A stretch of 63,247 nt of DNA, the filler included, from Rhabdomonas costata (lineage: Eukaryota), in the NCBI GenBank assembly GCA_019059605.1. It is 27 parts of 27 records of this genome, joined end to end, with 100 filler letters (N's around TTAATTAATTAA, not from the genome) between each part and the next. Parts side by side here need not be neighbours in the genome. Positions count along the whole stretch, not along the records: positions 61,004 to 63,247 come from JAHMHO010004572.1; 26 more parts are not named here. The stretch is one strand, 5' to 3'. Positions within the stretch are counted from its first letter, which is position 1. Every line of letters starts with the position of its first letter. Positions 61,401 through 63,247 of this stretch are shown here, one piece after another. The position numbers and the translations under genes are program-made. The notes under the pieces were generated by a model that was not told the DNA's origin, made no database searches, and was given only the letters and a program-made list of their open reading frames with translations.

Positions 61401-63247
61401 TGGGGACACGCCGAAACAAGACGGACCCTGTTCGTGAAAAAGCAAGAGGGATTGCGATTTGTTTTTACAACTGTTGAGGATCGTCTGCTGAGGGCGAAGC
61501 GGAAGCAGGGTTGGGAATTGCCGGTTTAAAAAATATATATGAAGCCACCATTCTTTTCCAGATCATGTCACTTTAGTCTTTGTCTTCGGCTAACCAGGTG
61601 GTGGGGTGCCGGTACGCATGGATGCTGAAGTTGTCTTTGTCCCGAGTCTTAAGTTTCAAATAAACAAAACCTATCCACACGTCAAATCACAAACCCCATT
61701 TCATCATGGACACGACGATCCGGATCTACTTGCACACCTCCACGTGTCCTCAGCCAAGCCCTTTTGATCTTGCGCTGGTTGTTCTTTGGACTTTCCGGAG
61801 AAAAGGCAAACCCAGTCGCAATAATGCTGGAAAAAAGAGCGCCAGCACCACCACATTTGCTGCTCAATTCATCTGACACGTGGTCCAAGGGGCAGAGGAG
61901 AGATAGACGAAGCACCCCGATGGGTTGATGATTCTGCATCAGGCCATTCGGACTCCATTAAAACGTGCATAGCCTTGCGCTCTGCAGGAAGAGTGAGGAC
62001 CTACAAAAGAGTTTCTGTGCTTTTTAGCACGTCTTCCGACAGAGCGAGAGGCAGGCACCCAACACCCGACGAAACTCACTCTCAAAATCAAACTCGTGTG
62101 TAATCGCGACGGATTGAGTATTTCGAGGGTTTGGATTGTTCATCAGCCTCCACTCACGCAATGCGAACTGGTAGATGGAAAGGAAGACCAGGAGACGTGG
62201 ACTTTAAAAACCGAAGCCAACAGCACAGATTGTCCACATAGCATGGTCGAAGTTCACCCCTCCGAACGGCAGGAAACGAATTGCTTCGCTGCAGCTGGCG
62301 TGCATTACGCTCAGCAGACACCATACATGTCAGGTCGCGCGTCGGCGTGTACAAGGATGCGGGAAACTCTGCTGCTCACTCACTCAGAACACAAATGCAT
62401 CATCAAGAGCACTTAAAAAGAGGAAGAAAACCGGCGCCGGGTTTTTTGACGAGGTAAGAGGGTGAACTGCGCCACAGCAGCGAAAAAATGCGATCAAGTG
62501 AAACGCAAACTCGAACACGACCACATTGACGTTGAGGGGGTTGGTACCCGTTACCGGTGTTGACAATGGACCGGCAGACAGATAACTACCACTGATGCTA
62601 AATTACTAGTTGGTCACTTTAAAATTTCTTTTAAGGGCGGCTAAGAGCGGGTGGGTGAGGCTAGCACCTCAAATGCTGGCCGCCGACAACTGGAGGTTGA
62701 AAAGCAATCTGCTGCAGACATGCAGGCCAACCCGTGGAGCCACCAAAGCGGGCATGGCTTGTGACGCCGGGAGCAATTGTGAGGAAAATTTTCTTTCGAA
62801 TGGTAAACTGTTCCACTGCCCCCAACAACAATGCTAAAAACATCCAAATAACAGAACACCCACGAACTAAATACAAAAACCTCACGCAAACTGACTCGAA
62901 CGTGGGCGCGCAACAGCGGGCGCACGACGAATCGGAAATGCGACGACCAGAGAAGACTGGCTGGGTGCACGCAAAGCGGTGTCACGCGTCATACCGCAGC
63001 ATGGAAGGTCTCACTAAAAGAAAACCCCCCACAGTGCCGGAAGACACTTGTGGACAGAATGGCAGAGCATAACAACGGAAATGGCAAACACCGAACCTGA
63101 GAGTCGGTGGCCGTCACTGGTCCCGTAACATCACAAACAAGCCTACAAAAACAACCAACAGATCTCAACGCCACAAACCCATTACTCACAGCCCCCGCGG
63201 TTGTAGTAGTAGTCGTACAACCACCACCCCCCAAACACACCCACCAC

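Noticed and set aside
1-63247. tRNA, rRNA, snRNA or spliced-leader RNA genes
   Set aside because: The GGTTCGA-like hits I checked lack cloverleaf context and I saw no spliced-leader sequence. This was a visual scan only, so an Infernal/tRNAscan run is still needed.

Overview
This window is not one locus. It is 27 unrelated contigs of about 2.25 kb each, joined by artificial N44-TTAATTAATTAA-N44 spacers, so neighbouring contigs carry no synteny information. Most contigs begin with about 10 G/T-only bases and end with A/C-only bases, and several end in fold-back inverted repeats, a pattern expected from random-primed whole-genome amplification. The DNA is from an intron-rich eukaryote, most plausibly a euglenozoan such as a euglenid (inference). 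Spliced gene fragments I could reconstruct: formate-tetrahydrofolate ligase, Prp28/DDX23, a Ygr210-type Obg GTPase, acetolactate synthase, a SET-MYND protein, Sec1/Munc18, two class III nucleotide cyclase fragments, and a periplasmic-binding-fold/EGF/TM receptor. A 2-kb exon encodes an AT-less PKS module (KS-DH). Decayed elements: a Ty3/gypsy LTR retrotransposon with a trimeric dUTPase between protease and RT, a Penelope-like RT with no downstream GIY-YIG, a CRE-like RLE non-LTR element, a Merlin/IS1595-like transposase and an ADP-ribosyltransferase pseudogene. The most notable signals are the dUTPase-carrying gypsy element, the trans-AT PKS, and a 5' splice-site code in which none of 25 donors match GTRAG. 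All family assignments come from motif recognition by eye, not database searches.
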